Below, one piece after another: positions 11,874-25,942 of a DNA stretch of 64,000 nucleotides. The stretch lies in NCBI GenBank assembly GCA_001600815.1, contig BCKZ01000010.1, positions 141,527 to 205,526 of the forward strand, given 5' to 3'. The notes below the pieces were generated by a model. That model saw only the letters and a list, made by a program, of their open reading frames with translations, did no database searches and was not told where the DNA came from. Within the stretch, counting starts at the first letter, position 1; the number at the start of each line of letters is the position of its first letter. This stretch comes from Alloascoidea hylecoeti (Eukaryota). Both the position numbers and the translations under genes were made by a program.

Positions 11874-13613
11874 TTAATCATTTTCTTCCAAGTTCTCTTC
11901 ATTTTCGTTTATAAGTTTTCTTTTCTTGGATGCTTCAATCATTTCACTTCGCTTTTTTCTTTTGTTCTTAATTACTCGAGGAACAGTGCTAATTCTTTTT
12001 CTATCGATCTGTGATTTCTTAAAATTCTTTTTATCGTTTTTAGATAACTTCTTCATATCCAACATCCATTCTCCAAATCCTTTGGAACCAGATTCTTTCA
12101 TGACATTAACTACATTCTTTACAAGGTCCATATCATCCTTGGTATAAAATGTAACGGCTTTTCCTTTTCTTCCAGCACGACCAGTACGCCCAATTCTATG
12201 GACATAAGCCTGTGAAGATTGTGGGACATCATAGTTGATTACTAGATTAATACCCTTGAAATCAATACCACGAGCTAAAACATCGGTACAAATAAGTACC
12301 CATATATCACCATTACGAAATCTTTCAATGATTTGATCTCTCTGTCGTTGCGTTCTATCTGCATTGATAACATCAATGTTAAGTTTGTCATACATTAACT
12401 CGTGAAATAAAGCTTTTGATCTCTCAACTGATTGGACGAATATTAAAACAGGAGGTTTAAATTCACCTTCTTGGATCATCTGACGAACAGCTATTAGTTT
12501 ACCTTGTTCTGTACCACAGTATGTTAGTTTTTGTTCAATACTATCATTAGCTGCTTCTTTGTGACCAATAATAACACGAACAGGCCAATGCATTATTGAA
12601 TTTGCCAATTGCTCAACTCCAGAGTGTATCGTAGCCGAAAAAAGAGATTTCTTTAATGTTGGTAGAGTACATGATGCTAATATATTATCAGTTTGTTCTA
12701 AAAAGCCTTGCTCAAATAACTTATCTGCTTCATCAAAGATAAGTCGTTCAACTGTTGCTAAACTAACCAATTCTTCTTTTATAGAATCCACCAAACGTAA
12801 TGGAGTACTAATCAGAATATCATACTTGTTTATCAAGAAGTTAGTATGCCTTAATTTATTGATAGTTGTTTTGTCTAGGATAGCAACTTTAAGATCTTTC
12901 CCTTTAGTTAATTTAACACATTCATTAAATATTTGAGTTGCCAATTCTTTTGTTGGGGAAATAACTAATCCACGAATTCCATGATTCTTCTTATGTTCAT
13001 TTAACAGCTGAATCAATGGAATGACAAATGCTAGGGTTTTACCGGAACCTGTTGGAGCACATGCAATTAATTCTCTATTATGTAATAAAATAGGAATAGC
13101 TTCGGATTGAATTGGTGTAGGGTCTTGAAAGTTTTGTGATTTGAGATTAACCAACAATTTCCTATCAAAATCGAAACGTGTGATTAAGTCATTGAACGAA
13201 CCAACAGGGAGTGGAATATCATCTCCTGTGAGGTTAGCTTTATAGGATTTTCTAAGAATTCTAGCATCCTCTTTATTTGCGATTATTGGAGGGGGTATTT
13301 CCTCTTCTTCCTCTTCATCTTCTATCTGCTGCTTTTCAGCTATCTTTTTTATGGAATTTTCATCAGAGTTCTTTTTTGATTTGAAAAAGTCTGTTTCTTT
13401 CTTTATTTGTACTATCAGTTTCTCGTCTTCAATATTGAGTTTTTTTTGTCGGGACTAGTATTAATAAAGAGTTAGAATCATACACTTTATAATATATAAT
13501 TATCAGCTAAATATAAGAGATGCTGGACTTACAGTAGACGAGGGAAAATCCGAGGATTCGTCCTTATTTTTCTTGATGGAGGCACCAAATGATAATAGTC
13601 GAAAATAATCCAT
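11874..13613 (-). CDS. ROK1: DEAD-box RNA helicase Rok1 (DDX52), 2 exons, 553 aa
   Basis: Exon 1 is 13613-13533 ([15 protein letters not shown]...). Intron 13532-13455 has GTAAGT..TTCTAAC..TAG, phase 0. Exon 2 is 13454-11874. Motifs [15 protein letters not shown] and HRIGRTGR, plus Rok1-like [11 protein letters not shown] and [10 protein letters not shown]. Confidence 0.93.
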
Positions 13614-13819
13614 TTATATCAGAAACTATTTAGGAGATGGGCTAAAAAAACTTTTTTAATGTAAAGATGATGACATAATAATGACATAATATTTCAGTTG
13701 GATTTTTCACACTTTTTTCCACCAACCAACCAACAACTATCATATCTCGAAATTGTTAAAATAAAGAATAGCATTGTTGAAAGGGTACCATCTAAGGGCT
13801 TTGAAATATATATTACAAC

Positions 13820-14637
13820 ATGTTATTATTTAAGAATGGCCACCACTCTTTAAGGAGTCTTCAGCAATTGATGGTCAATGGAAGCATACCAAAAACATCG
13901 GTACAGACCAGTAGATTTACGATTCCATCTAGTCAAATTCGGTCTTTGGTGTATTTAAAGCCAAAGAAGAGTAATGGGATCAAGAGACCAGAAGCTGAAT
14001 ACTTAGTATCTTCGCAAGGAAATCAGCACGGAACCTCGCCTTCTAACTTAGAGAGTGTGAAAATGTTTCTTGGGGATAAATACAAGATCAGTGATGAATT
14101 GGTACTACAAGCTATCACACACAAAAGTTTTGCACATGGCTTAAAACCGTACAATGAAAAACTCGCTATAATGGGTATGTAACAGTTTCCAAGAAGTTGT
14201 TTTTGCAGTAGTTTATGTTTATAACTAACATCTTTATTTTTGATTTAGGCCATAATGCTCTAAAAGCTTATATATCACTTCACATTACAGGAAGTAACTC
14301 AGCCAATAAATTCTCCATAAATGGTTTCAATGTTGATGTTCTTGGTAGTTCTATATATACGGGACTCAGTTCATATGAAGTTTTATCTGCTTTTGGGCGA
14401 CAGAACGGCTTAGGAAATGTTCTTTTCTGGAGATCAGCCAAGGCTGAGAGTAGTAACCACAGGGCTAGCGGAGAGGATAAAATATTGTCTACTACTATAG
14501 AGGCTATCATTGGTGTTGTTTTCTTGCAACATGGAGCTGAGAAGCTGGAAAGTTTATTATATGAAAAGTTTTTTAGTGGAGGAAATTCACTGATTAATAT
14601 TGCAGCCAAAGAAGTGAGCAAACCCCAAACTCTCTGA
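13820..14637 (+). CDS. MRPL15: Mitochondrial large-subunit ribosomal protein mL57/MrpL15 (RNase III-like fold), 2 exons, 247 aa
   Basis: Presequence-like N-terminus and motif LQAITHKSFAHGLKPYNEKLAIMG. Intron 14175-14248 (GTATGT..AACTAAC..TAG) joins the two track ORFs in frame. C-terminal STTIEAIIGVVFLQHG. Confidence 0.85.
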
Positions 14638-15125
14638 AAATCATCATCATCATATTTTAATCCTTCTGGGATTCTGTATAAAGTTTCGCCAGTTGTATAT
14701 AGAAAGAAATATTAGTCCTGTTAATAGAAGTAAAAGAAATACATGTCCAAATGTTTCAAAAAACTTAAATTTATTTATGCCTTTTAAGGCCCGAGGCGTT
14801 TGAGGCTTTGAAGTTTGTACTAATTAAAAGATAAACATATTTTTCATGTCTTTCTTATTTTTCATTCATTTTTAATTTTGGTCTCTGATTGCAAAGATTT
14901 CAAAGCGAATCGCTGTTCTTATAATCTGTTGTTGGACTCTCCAGATCCGTCCTCAAACTACTTTCACTGACTAACAGCACGCCGTGTCACGCTTTCAGAT
15001 CGTATATTAATTAATATAATTAGTACTTCACTCCTTTTCGATCAACTCGTTAGACATTCGATTATAGAAAGGGGAACACCTACACACACCTCTATTTTAT
15101 ATATTGCTATACATACTAGAAAGTT

Positions 15126-18100
15126 ATGGCCCCAAACATAGATCCCAAAGAGGAAGAACGCATTTTAACTATACATCATCTGGCTCTAAGCCAATTTCTT
15201 AATGTTTCTTTCGGAACTGGTTTATCACCCACAGCGAGTCGAAAACCAGGCTCTAGCAAGGCTAGAGACAAGCTATTGAAACTATCCAGGGCCCAATTTT
15301 GTGAATTGTCAACGGATGTTTATGATGAGTTAAAGAGGCGTATAGATGAGTCTAGGGAACAACCTGAGTTTTTACTTCCAGTAACAGGGTTTCATCCCAA
15401 ACGAAATCAAGCCAGACGGAAACTCTCGAGTCTACCAACCACAAGATTTAAAGATCTAGCTACAGATATAACCTCCGAGATCGAAAGACGTTTACCACAT
15501 TTACAGGAAAACCTAGATGATAGTCGGGTATCGAGTTCCTTAACAGCAACTGTCCAGATCCATCAACCACCTAAAGTTCAAACAACCCTATCTGAAAACG
15601 TCCCTGTTAAACAACAGTTCCAACAGCGCAAGACACCAAGTGGCTCATCTGAACTAGAGGTCGAAGTTCCTTCTGTCACAATCGAACCTTCATCTGATAA
15701 CGAATCTACCAATGCTCCTACACAAGTTGGCGATTCCGAAGACGAGAGAACAATTACTCCCGACACTTCCACAGAGACTTCTACAGAGGTGGCCAAACCA
15801 ACTCCAAAGGCCGTTGGCTTTCAAAAAAGCACAGTTGTTCCTACAAAATCAACTTTAGCTGGAGATCTTAGCGAGGATTCTGATTATGACTCTGAGTATA
15901 GCACTAATAGTGAAAGTGTCTCGGATATCGAATCAAAGAATAGAAGTGAACCCAGTTTCAAACGATCTTCAAAACAACATAATGCTGCTGAGACAAAAAG
16001 GAAAGCTTTTGAAGAAAAAATCAACGCTTCTTTTGAAATTTCCGGGTTTGATGATGATAAAATAAGTGAGTCTTCCGCACAAGAAGAAGCCGATGAAACA
16101 GAAGATGATGTAGCTCCATTGGGATCAAGTAAATTAGTTAACACACCTTCTGCAGAAAATAATTTGGGACTTAAAGATAAAGATCGTGAAATTCAAATGT
16201 TACTTGAAGAAGGAACGAAAATGGATTCCAAAATTACACAACTTGAAGCACAAATTGCACAACTTGAAGAATATAAAGATACATCTGAGAAGACCATCGC
16301 ATCCAATAACAACAAGATTCTTGAGCTAAAAACTCAATTAGAAAGTGGTGGGGGAAGCTTCAAAAAACAATATGACGAGTTAGTCGAAGAATTTCAAAAT
16401 TTAACAGCTAAAGATAAAGAGCTAACAGAAACAAATAGAACCTTAAATGATCAAATTGGTGATTTAGAAATTGATTTAGATGAGTATAAAGAAACTGTTG
16501 AAAGAATGGGGGCAGAACTTGTTCATTCTAGAGAAGAAGCTACAAATTCAAATGATCAATTACATAATGAATTAGCTAGTAAAAATGAAAAACTTGAGAT
16601 GGAAGCAAAACAATTGAAATCAAAAAATAAATTATTATTTGAAGAAAATGAATCTTTACAATCATTACTTTCTATTGGAAATCAACACTCTCAACAACTT
16701 CAGGATCATAGTTCTACATTTGAAGCGCTACAAGATGAATATAATAGTTTAACCCAAAAATATACAGCGGAACAACAAACAAGTAAATCGTTACTCGAAA
16801 AGATCTCTCAACTTGAGACTGCGAATACAGATTTAAAAATTAAGACGAATAGCATGAAAGATAGAATAATCGAGTTGGAAATATCCAGCGAAAGGATGGG
16901 CCAATCGAACCCATCTTTATCAAATAGAGATTTAGGAGGAGATATTAATGATGGTATAATAAAGTTGAAAATTGATACTTTAGAACAAGACTTTTTGAAT
17001 ATGAAGAATAAGTATGAAATGTTACGAAACATGAAAAATGTTTCTTATTATGAAATATATCAAAATGAATTAAATACTCTTCATTCAAACTCAAAGTTTG
17101 GGGAACCAGACAGCGTTTTCAGCTCTGATGGACTCATAACCACCTACAACTTTAATAAATTTCAAATTGCAGTGGAAGAGTATCTTATCAGTATTCGAAA
17201 TTCTAAGAACGAAAAGACTTTAAGATTATTGAATGACATTGTCTTAGCAACAAGGGGAATTATTGAACAAGTTGAAACTGCACCTATTCCAGAATCCTCT
17301 TCCATTAAAGAAATATTATCACTTGTTAGTGCATCTGCCAATCATCTAATTACGTCTACAAGATATCAAGTAACCGCTGCTATAATATTACCGCATTTCA
17401 TCTCTGATTCTGCAGCAGCTGATCTATCCTTTTCTATTGCTGAATTGATAAAAATGGTGAAATTGAAGCCAACTGACGATGAAGATGCAGAAGCCACCAT
17501 AACTAGACAAAACCATGATTTTATTTCTGGTTCCATGGGAATATCCTCACAAAATGAGTCTCCTGAGTATGGAGGTAACAATTATAGAAACCAACCTCCT
17601 GTGATACCTTCCGAATCAAACCATCTACGTCAATTTAGTGTTTCTAATAATTCTCAACCACCGAGCTCGAAGATTCAATTAAGACACGCCAAATTGAGAG
17701 ATATGAATACCACCGATACTTCTGGTTCTGATTCGCAAAATTCATCTCCCACAGCTCCGGGACTACGAAACTTTGGGGTATTAGGTAAAAATGATAAACC
17801 GAGTTCGCCGTTGAATTTAAGAAAGAGGGGTGATAGATTTGGAAGCACTGATCATAGCACTCCATCACACGCTCATACTAATAGTGGACTAAGAAATATG
17901 AGTCTTTCTCAAGATAATCTTAGACAGGCTCCATTCAATGGTCTGGAAGATGAAGGACGCTCAAAGAGTAATGATTCTCCCGGGGGTTTCAGGAGTCAGC
18001 AATTAACAAATAGTGATCATGATGACATAAGAAACATGCACACAACAAATGATAGTATTAGTTCTCTAAGTAAAGGATCAATGCATTTATTAAATGAAAG

Positions 18101-19016
18101 TGCTCCCTCCTCTACTGATACATCACCAATTATTGACGAAGGAGAAATAAGAAACACACTTGTGCATTCAAAGAAGGATAGCAGTACAGTCGTACCCTTA
18201 GATTTGGATAAGATTACTGCCCCGAAACGGAATCCAAGCAGAAGAGCTCGCGATGTTAATGCTCACCGTCGATTACTTTCTACTGAATCTGAGTCCACTA
18301 AGAGTGACGTTAAGCCATTAAGGTTGGCATCGTCTCCAATCAACGAAGAAGCACCTTTAAGATCTAGAGAAGGTAGAGAACATCAACAGCACAATGATTA
18401 TTCTGAAGAAGCACCTTTAAGAACTAGAGAAGGTAGAGAACATCACCAGCACAATGATTATTCTGAACAGCAGGAAAGTGGGAATGCCTTTCAAGCTGAT
18501 TTTGACATTGATAATTATGATATCGAAGATCCGGATAACACTGTTCCTGAGCTTTTATTATACCTTGAGCATCAAACTACTAACACAATTACTACAATTC
18601 AAACATTATTACAATCAGTTAGAGCCGCTGGTTCTACTGTAGGCGTTCTGAACGATGAGGCAAAAGATATTATCAATGTTGTAACCCAAATGGTAGAAGC
18701 TACAAGTGTTGTGATGGAACAGACAGAAAATATAAGACTAAAGGAACATGGAAGATGGGTGTTACAAACGCTTGCCGATTGTTCTAAACGAATGGACATC
18801 CTTGTTAAGAATTCAGGAAAAGGAGAAGATAGATTACCTGATAAATCCTTCAAACAACGATTGGCTGGTTTAGCCTTTGACATTGCCAAATCTACCAAAG
18901 AACTAGTTAAAACGGTTGAGGAAGTGAGTCTTAAAGAAGAAATCGATCATTTAGAAAACAGACTTGGAAAAGATAATCAACAATACGATTATTCTGATGA
19001 TGACAATATTTTATAG
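15126..19016 (+). CDS. SPA2: Polarisome scaffold Spa2
   Basis: N-terminal SHD/GIT repeats (KARDKLLKLSRAQFCELSTDVYDELKRR; FHPKRNQARRKLSSL), a central coiled coil and a C-terminal GIT1_C-like KQRLAGLAFDIAKSTKELVK. Confidence 0.93.
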   Translation: MAPNIDPKEEERILTIHHLALSQFLNVSFGTGLSPTASRKPGSSKARDKLLKLSRAQFCELSTDVYDELKRRIDESREQPEFLLPVTGFHPKRNQARRKLSSLPTTRFKDLATDITSEIERRLPHLQENLDDSRVSSSLTATVQIHQPPKVQTTLSENVPVKQQFQQRKTPSGSSELEVEVPSVTIEPSSDNESTNAPTQVGDSEDERTITPDTSTETSTEVAKPTPKAVGFQKSTVVPTKSTLAGDLSEDSDYDSEYSTNSESVSDIESKNRSEPSFKRSSKQHNAAETKRKAFEEKINASFEISGFDDDKISESSAQEEADETEDDVAPLGSSKLVNTPSAENNLGLKDKDREIQMLLEEGTKMDSKITQLEAQIAQLEEYKDTSEKTIASNNNKILELKTQLESGGGSFKKQYDELVEEFQNLTAKDKELTETNRTLNDQIGDLEIDLDEYKETVERMGAELVHSREEATNSNDQLHNELASKNEKLEMEAKQLKSKNKLLFEENESLQSLLSIGNQHSQQLQDHSSTFEALQDEYNSLTQKYTAEQQTSKSLLEKISQLETANTDLKIKTNSMKDRIIELEISSERMGQSNPSLSNRDLGGDINDGIIKLKIDTLEQDFLNMKNKYEMLRNMKNVSYYEIYQNELNTLHSNSKFGEPDSVFSSDGLITTYNFNKFQIAVEEYLISIRNSKNEKTLRLLNDIVLATRGIIEQVETAPIPESSSIKEILSLVSASANHLITSTRYQVTAAIILPHFISDSAAADLSFSIAELIKMVKLKPTDDEDAEATITRQNHDFISGSMGISSQNESPEYGGNNYRNQPPVIPSESNHLRQFSVSNNSQPPSSKIQLRHAKLRDMNTTDTSGSDSQNSSPTAPGLRNFGVLGKNDKPSSPLNLRKRGDRFGSTDHSTPSHAHTNSGLRNMSLSQDNLRQAPFNGLEDEGRSKSNDSPGGFRSQQLTNSDHDDIRNMHTTNDSISSLSKGSMHLLNESAPSSTDTSPIIDEGEIRNTLVHSKKDSSTVVPLDLDKITAPKRNPSRRARDVNAHRRLLSTESESTKSDVKPLRLASSPINEEAPLRSREGREHQQHNDYSEEAPLRTREGREHHQHNDYSEQQESGNAFQADFDIDNYDIEDPDNTVPELLLYLEHQTTNTITTIQTLLQSVRAAGSTVGVLNDEAKDIINVVTQMVEATSVVMEQTENIRLKEHGRWVLQTLADCSKRMDILVKNSGKGEDRLPDKSFKQRLAGLAFDIAKSTKELVKTVEEVSLKEEIDHLENRLGKDNQQYDYSDDDNIL
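18345..18467 (+). repeat. 60-bp in-frame tandem duplication inside SPA2
   Basis: Two copies of EEAPLR(S/T)REGREH(Q/H)QHNDYS, differing at 2 of 60 nt. Confidence 0.9.
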
Positions 19017-19627
19017 ATTATTAAGTTTTTATTTTGAAATTTATAAATAGCAAATGTTTAAATTAGTTGTTGTACAGTATTAATTAAAGTATAAAAATAA
19101 GCTTATATGTACCAATTAATATTGCGAATTTGCAAAGTAATTGCATTTTGTATCCCTATTAGCTATGGCCAAGACAAATACGGACATGGCAGTAATAATT
19201 ATAAGGATGTTTGGATTTTAAATTGACCCACACTAGAGTACCCACAGTATTTGTGTGGGGAAAGCATAAAAGTAATAGAGCTGCACATAATAAGTTATAA
19301 TGCCTACATTTATCGTTGAAAAAAGTAATTTTTGAGAGGCGATTAGCGATTTTCCTGCTCTCAAACGTTAACATTTTTTTGTAAATGAAACTTAAAAATA
19401 TCAATTCTACAGTGTTTTTTAACTGTAATTTCATGGTTAAGTTTCTACAGCTATAGCTATGGGTTATTAACTAACATTATTATCCCCTTACACCCATGTA
19501 CTTACAACTATTATTATTCCATCATATACCCGTATGACTTGATCGTGACCTATATAAAAGGGATCGAAAATCCTTTCCGTCATTAACAGTTGTTTCCCTT
19601 CTAATTTGTACATTGCTTTCTTCTAAT

Positions 19628-22292
19628 ATGACAAAAGAAACAACTACGGAAACTGTCTCTAACTGGTTCTTTAGACAGGCTGGCACTAAACGGTGGAGCC
19701 AAGTTGCAAATCCTCGTTCTAGTGTTTCGGAGATTTTTCCTGAATTGATTGCAGCTAAAAAAATCTCAAATCCATTTAATGATATGAATGAAAAAGATGT
19801 TCAATGGGTAGGTGAAACGGATTGGGAATACAAAGGAACATTTTTTATATCAGATGATCTAAAACAAAGTGGGGAAAGAATTGAGATGATTATAGAAGGT
19901 CTTGATACATATGCAGATGTTTATATTAATGAATCTGAGAAACCAGTTCTACAAAATGATAACATGTTTCATATCCATACAATTGATATACTTCCTTTAA
20001 TTCAAAAGGGGGAGAATGAAATCCGTATTGTTTTTAAGAGTGCTTTATTGAAGGGCCGGGAACTTTATAAAGAAAGTGGTAGAAAGTTTGAGTCTTGGAA
20101 TGGTGATCCAAGTAGGGTTTTTGTGCGAAAAGCTCAGTATCATTATGGCTGGGATTGGGGTAAGCTTATAATATTAACTATAACGTGCAATCTTATGCAT
20201 TATATCAGCTGGGATCTAACCTTTTATTATAGGTCCAATATTGATGACCTGTGGTCCTTTCAGACCAATATACATTAAACAATACTATTCGAGAATTGAG
20301 GATATTTTCATTAAAACTAATGTTGCACCTTCATTCGAAGAAGCTGAGGTCTCAGTTCAGGTTGAATCAATTACAACTAAAAATTTGGAAATCGAAAAGC
20401 TACAATTACAAGTTGAGATATTTTACCGCAATCTATCAACTAGCGAAGCTAATTATGAAGATCGACTAATAGAAAAGAAATTGGTGCCATTAAATAAAGA
20501 GGAGATTACAAATGTCATATTTTCATTAAAAAGTCCACGGCTTTGGTATCCTCACACACACGGTATACCACATCTATATAAAACAAAAGTGACAATGAAA
20601 AAAGGAGATAAAATATTAGACCAATGGTCGAAGAGTTTTGGAATCAGAAAGGTAGAACTCATAGAAGAGCCTCTTTTAGGTCAGGAAGGTGCTTCTTTCT
20701 ACTTCAAAATTAATGGTGTACCAATATTTGCAAAAGGTTCAAACTGGATTCCAGCTCATAACTTCATTACACAATTACCGGATTCACACTATACAACTCT
20801 TCTTCTCATGGCTATAGAAGGAAATCAAAACATGGTTCGCGTTTGGGGTGGTGGCTTATTCGAGCAAGATATATTTTATGAAGAATGTGATAGATTAGGA
20901 ATAATGGTATGGCAAGATTTTTTATTTGCCTGTGCACAATACCCAGTTCATGAAAGCTATAAAAAGACAATTAAAAAGGAAGTAAATGATCAATTAAAAC
21001 GGTTAAGAAATTATTGCAGTATCGTAATTTATGCTGGAAATAATGAGGATTATACTGTAGCAGAATCCTTACAAAAGGATTCATCTAAAAGTTTATCACC
21101 AGAACTATACGCCAAAGAAATTTATGAAGAGTTATTACCGAGATTAGTTGCCAGTCTTACCCCTTCTGTACCATATCATTGTGGAAGTCCATATGGTGGG
21201 AAAAATTCACAGGATCCTACTGTTGGTGATATCCATCAATGGAATGTATGGCATGGAACACAAGAGAAATATCAGAATTGGGCAAAATTAAGTGGACGCT
21301 TTATTAGTGAGTTTGGTATGCTTGCATTACCAAATAAAAAAACATGTTTGGAGTTTACTTCTGATAAATCGCAATTATATCCACAAAGTGAAATGTTTGA
21401 TTGGCATAATAAAGCTGATGGATCTGAGCGAAGATTAGCTCTATATGTTATGGAAAATTTCAAGGTTGGGACAATGGACTTGGACTCATGGATTTATATT
21501 ACGCAATTAATGCAATCTGAATGTCTCAGTTATGCGTATAGAGCTTGGAGGCGTAATTGGAAAGGAAACAATAAAAGATACACGGGTGGTTGCCTTGTTT
21601 GGCAATTAGATGATTGTTGGCCAGTTACCAGTTGGGCTATTATTGATTTTTATAAAAGGCCAAAATTGGCATACTATGGTATTAAGAGGGAATGCAAACC
21701 AATTCAATTGGGGATTGCAAGATATGAAATTCCAAATGATTTCGATGATTATTATCATGGAAAAAGATATGCTATTGATATTTGGGGTGTTAATGATACG
21801 TTGAAAATGGTCGAAGGAGAATTAAATATACAAATATATAATGTTGAGACCGGAGAGCAAGTGATTGTTTTACCAAATGAGCGGGTGCGACTTGGTGCAA
21901 ATAAGGTAACCGAACTTCGTGAAAAGATTTCTATTCCAGTTCCTCTAAACACTAATTCTTCACCTCATAATCATTATGCTATTTATGCCACTTTCACAGA
22001 TCTCCGAAAAAAGAAGGAAATTGCATGTACTAGTGATTGGCCTCAACCACTGAAATATTGTAGTTTCTCTAATAGGAAAGTCAGTGTCAAATACATTGGG
22101 AATAATTCAGTATTAGTTCAAGCAGATAAGCCGGTAAAGGGGGTATATCTTGAAGCGAACCGCGAGAGTATCAGGTTTGATGATAATGGGTTTGATGTTT
22201 TTCCTGGAAAAAATAAGGTTGTTTACGCAAAATGGCTTAATGAATCAGACAATCTTAAGGTTAAGTTCTATGGGTCTGATGAGCAAAGTTAA
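19628..22292 (+). CDS. Beta-mannosidase, glycoside hydrolase family 2, 2 exons, 863 aa
   Basis: Intron 20160-20232 (GTAAGC..ATCTAAC..TAG) restores RKAQYHYGWDWGP. Other motifs: KGSNWIP, NMVRVWGGG, WQDFLFAC, GNNE, RFISEFG and WQLDDCWP. No signal peptide seen. Confidence 0.92.
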
Positions 22293-23285
22293 TCATACTT
22301 GCAAAAAAAATATTAATATTTATAATATGTGATTTTTAGATTTAATTATATATGTCACTGTCACTTACAATCAAATCCCCAATTTTATGTACAGCAATTA
22401 ATCCCACCATTATTTTTACATCATCGTTACAAGGTTATGTTACCTATTCTTAGTGCATCCGCAAATTAGAGTACGCTAAATCCGAATATTAGTACATCAC
22501 ATGGCTGAATAATTAGTCCACAATGTGTTTGATATATTAGGTGAAATGACCGTATAGTATATTGTACTCGGAGAAATTTTTATTTTTTCCTGGAGGTTTT
22601 GATCTACACTTATTGTTCTTGTTCTTGGGCAATCGTACCAACCACCACATATTTTAAGGGTTCAAAGGGGTTTCCATTTGTTGAGAAAAGAAAGATTCAG
22701 GATTGGATTTCTTATTTTTATACAAATATTAAATCATTAGGATTATATAGAATTTTGTTCCTCTCAATTTTTGTAGTGGATATTTTATACTATAGCTAGT
22801 AATCGTTATTAGTAATAACTATGGCTGTCTATAAATGGTATAACTATAAGCGCTAGCTTATATCTATGAGAACTATAACATAAAGTATAAGATTATTATA
22901 GTAGAGTATCTAGGGAATGAATGTCCGGTGAATTTAAATGAAGGATATAGCTACCGCTTAATAAGTAGAGTGAAAAAATACATAGTAAAAGCGTCACTCG
23001 TAAAGTAACAAATTACGCAGTTTATCAAAGAAGTGGGACAAAAACAATTTTTTTAACATGTTTCATAGCGCTTGGCGATCTAGTATATTATAACTACTCT
23101 GGCTCTCATCACAATCAGACAATTAAACCCACAACTGGAATACATTTAAATGTCAACATCAATGTAAATATGAATGCGCTCATAGTTACAAAACCTACCT
23201 GTTTAATAAAAAAAATATTCGCTCTGAAAAATAGTTATCATCTCAGCCTCTTGCAATATTAATTCATCAATAAATTTGTATAAAT

Positions 23286-25525
23286 TTACCAGGATAAATC
23301 TCCCTCAAAATAATCAATATGTGTCTTATTTGGTAAGTCTGACTTAAAATAATCTTGCAAAGAGAGTCTAACATCATGTACCATTGAATATGGTCCACAA
23401 GTAAGGACAGCAAGTGACTTCTTTTCTTTTAAAACTTCAAGATAAGAAGCTATATAAGCTCTGAGATCCGGCTTGACTCCCACGTTGTGATATGTATTTT
23501 CTAGCTCTTTTTCGAACTGCATGGTTTGATTTGGTGGTTGTATGTTTCCTGAGCTTTCAGAATTAGTTTCAATGTCACCTGTAATTAATCGGCTGGTACA
23601 AAAAACTTTAACTATAAGGTTATCGCATTTCTCTAATTCTATCAACTCATTCCTATACTCCTCGATGAATTCTATATTGTGACAAACCCATATAAAAATA
23701 ATTGAGGTTGATTGAAGTCCCTCAATTCTTGCCAAATCTATCGCATGTGAATACGCCATTGAAAATCCAACACCACCCGCAATAAAGATTGACACTTCAT
23801 GCTTATATATTGGTAATGGATTCCCATATGGACCTTCCACAAAAACCGGTAAAGTGCATTCTCCATTCTTAGAAGAAACATATTCAATTAATTTTTTCGA
23901 TAATCCATAATTCTTTTTAATTTTCAGTTTAATAATATTTTCTTCTTCTCTCTTTGGATTAATAATAGAAAATGGATGAGATTCAAAAAACCTTTTCATA
24001 AATATAATATAGACATAATTTCCTGGAGAATATTTCCACCAACCTGAATATGGAATTTTCAGTTGAATTATATCGGTATCATTAGTATCATTTAAAACTC
24101 TACATTCTGCAAATAATAAACCACCGGAACGGATTATTTTAGCCATTCTAAGAATAACTTCAAAGAACCATATGAAGGCAGAATAATATATCCACATTGT
24201 CCATCCTAAAGTTTTGCAATGCAACCAAATAAACATCAGGAATAATAAGACCAAAATTTTATGAGAAATTTTAAAAAATTCGTAGCTTGCATTTCTTACA
24301 AGTTTGAATGAAAGTGTAATAATATATAGACAACATATTATTGCATAATTGGCACATTGCCATTTAGTTAAAGACCACCTCACAACATAATCACTGCTCT
24401 TAAGTGCGTGTAAAACATAGAATATTGCATGTAATAGTATTAGAATTGTAGTAATTCTTGAGATCCATTTATGAAAAAAATTAAACTTTTTATAAGACCA
24501 GCCGGTTATAAAAATTAATGGATTGTTTCTTGCTGAAAATAATGTAATTAAAGGTAATTGAATAATTGCAAGAATTCCAGTTTTATCAGCGGCATACACC
24601 AATATTTGGTTTATTTTGGTTTTAAACATGTTATTTGGTTCCGATAAATCATAATTAATTGTACAAGCAATGATCATAATAATAATATAACATATAACAG
24701 TTAATATTGGCAGCCAATCTAAATGAAAACAGATGGGGATTTTTATGCTGTATCTTTTGTTAATGCGGATTTCATTTTTCCCTGGTAATATGTTCATGGA
24801 ACATGAATATCGAAGTTTGAACCTAGTTATATGTGAATGAGTATCATTAAGATTCAGAGAACTGTAGACCCAGCAAATAGTGTTGTAAATGGTGCCCAGA
24901 AACACTACCATCCCCCAATAGATATAAAAAAGTGCGATTCTAAATGTTTAAATTAAATGTATTCTCTGTTAGTAACAAAATTTAAATTAGGGTCAATCTT
25001 ACAATTATAAATAAAAAATTACCCCAGATTAGTTCCCCGTTTTCTATGATTGATGAGTCTGGAAGCAGAATTAAGGCTTATATTATAAATTTCAGGATCT
25101 GTACTAGCTGGATTTGACACAGTTACATTAAAAGAAGTATATATTCTTGCCCATCGATAATCAACTAAATATTCAGTTGCATTTTCAAAAATGCCAACAA
25201 GATCATCAAAAGAATAATCAACCTTTCCTTGAAGTAAGCATGTATTTTTCAAGAAATGATATGCCTCTGTAACCACCTCAACGTTATTGGCGCCATAATC
25301 TATACATGTTAGAATTGTTCCCATGAATGGTTGATTTTTGCAACGACATCTATAGTCGGGATCTGGAGGAGGGCAATCAAAATTGTAATCGGTATAATTG
25401 TTTGCGACATAAAGACATGCTACTCCCAGATGAGATGTGAAGCCGAGTGCATCAACCAAACAAATCCGTAGAACGACCAGAATAAGTGGTGTCGTCAAAC
25501 TAAAAGGGATGAACATGTTTTGCAT
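23286..25525 (-). CDS. FRE-family ferric/cupric reductase, 2 exons, 718 aa
   Basis: Exon 1 is 25525-25023 (signal peptide and Cys-rich N-terminus). Intron 25022-24940 has GTAATT..TACTAAC..TTTAG. Exon 2 is 24939-23286. Heme-binding His helices (FHKWISR..LLHAI; HKIL..WLH), HPFS, EGPYG, IAGGVG and CGP. Confidence 0.9.
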
Positions 25526-25942
25526 TAAGCGCCCAATTATAAAAGATGGTGTGAATGATAATAAAAATAAACAGTTCTACAAACTAACATTGAATATCCA
25601 TCCATCCACTTTTTTTGTTACACTTTATGCAATGCCAGGGCAGTCATTTTTTATTATGTTATGCATAAGATTTGTGATTTCATGAGAATCGCACGGGCTA
25701 ACACCAATATCAGCACTTGGATGCTTGGATGGAGGCTTTGATATGGGTGCCGGTAGTAAAGAGGGAAAGCTCTCATAATCAATTAAGCAGTTCTCTAGAA
25801 TAACAATATTCCCGTCCCGGAAGATGTGCGTGCTATGTTCCGGGACACAGTCACCAGTCACCCTACCGACCGGGTGCACGTGACGCCGGTGCAAGAGACA
25901 TAAACAGTGGATTCGAAGTTTGATGTTTGAAGTTTGATACCA

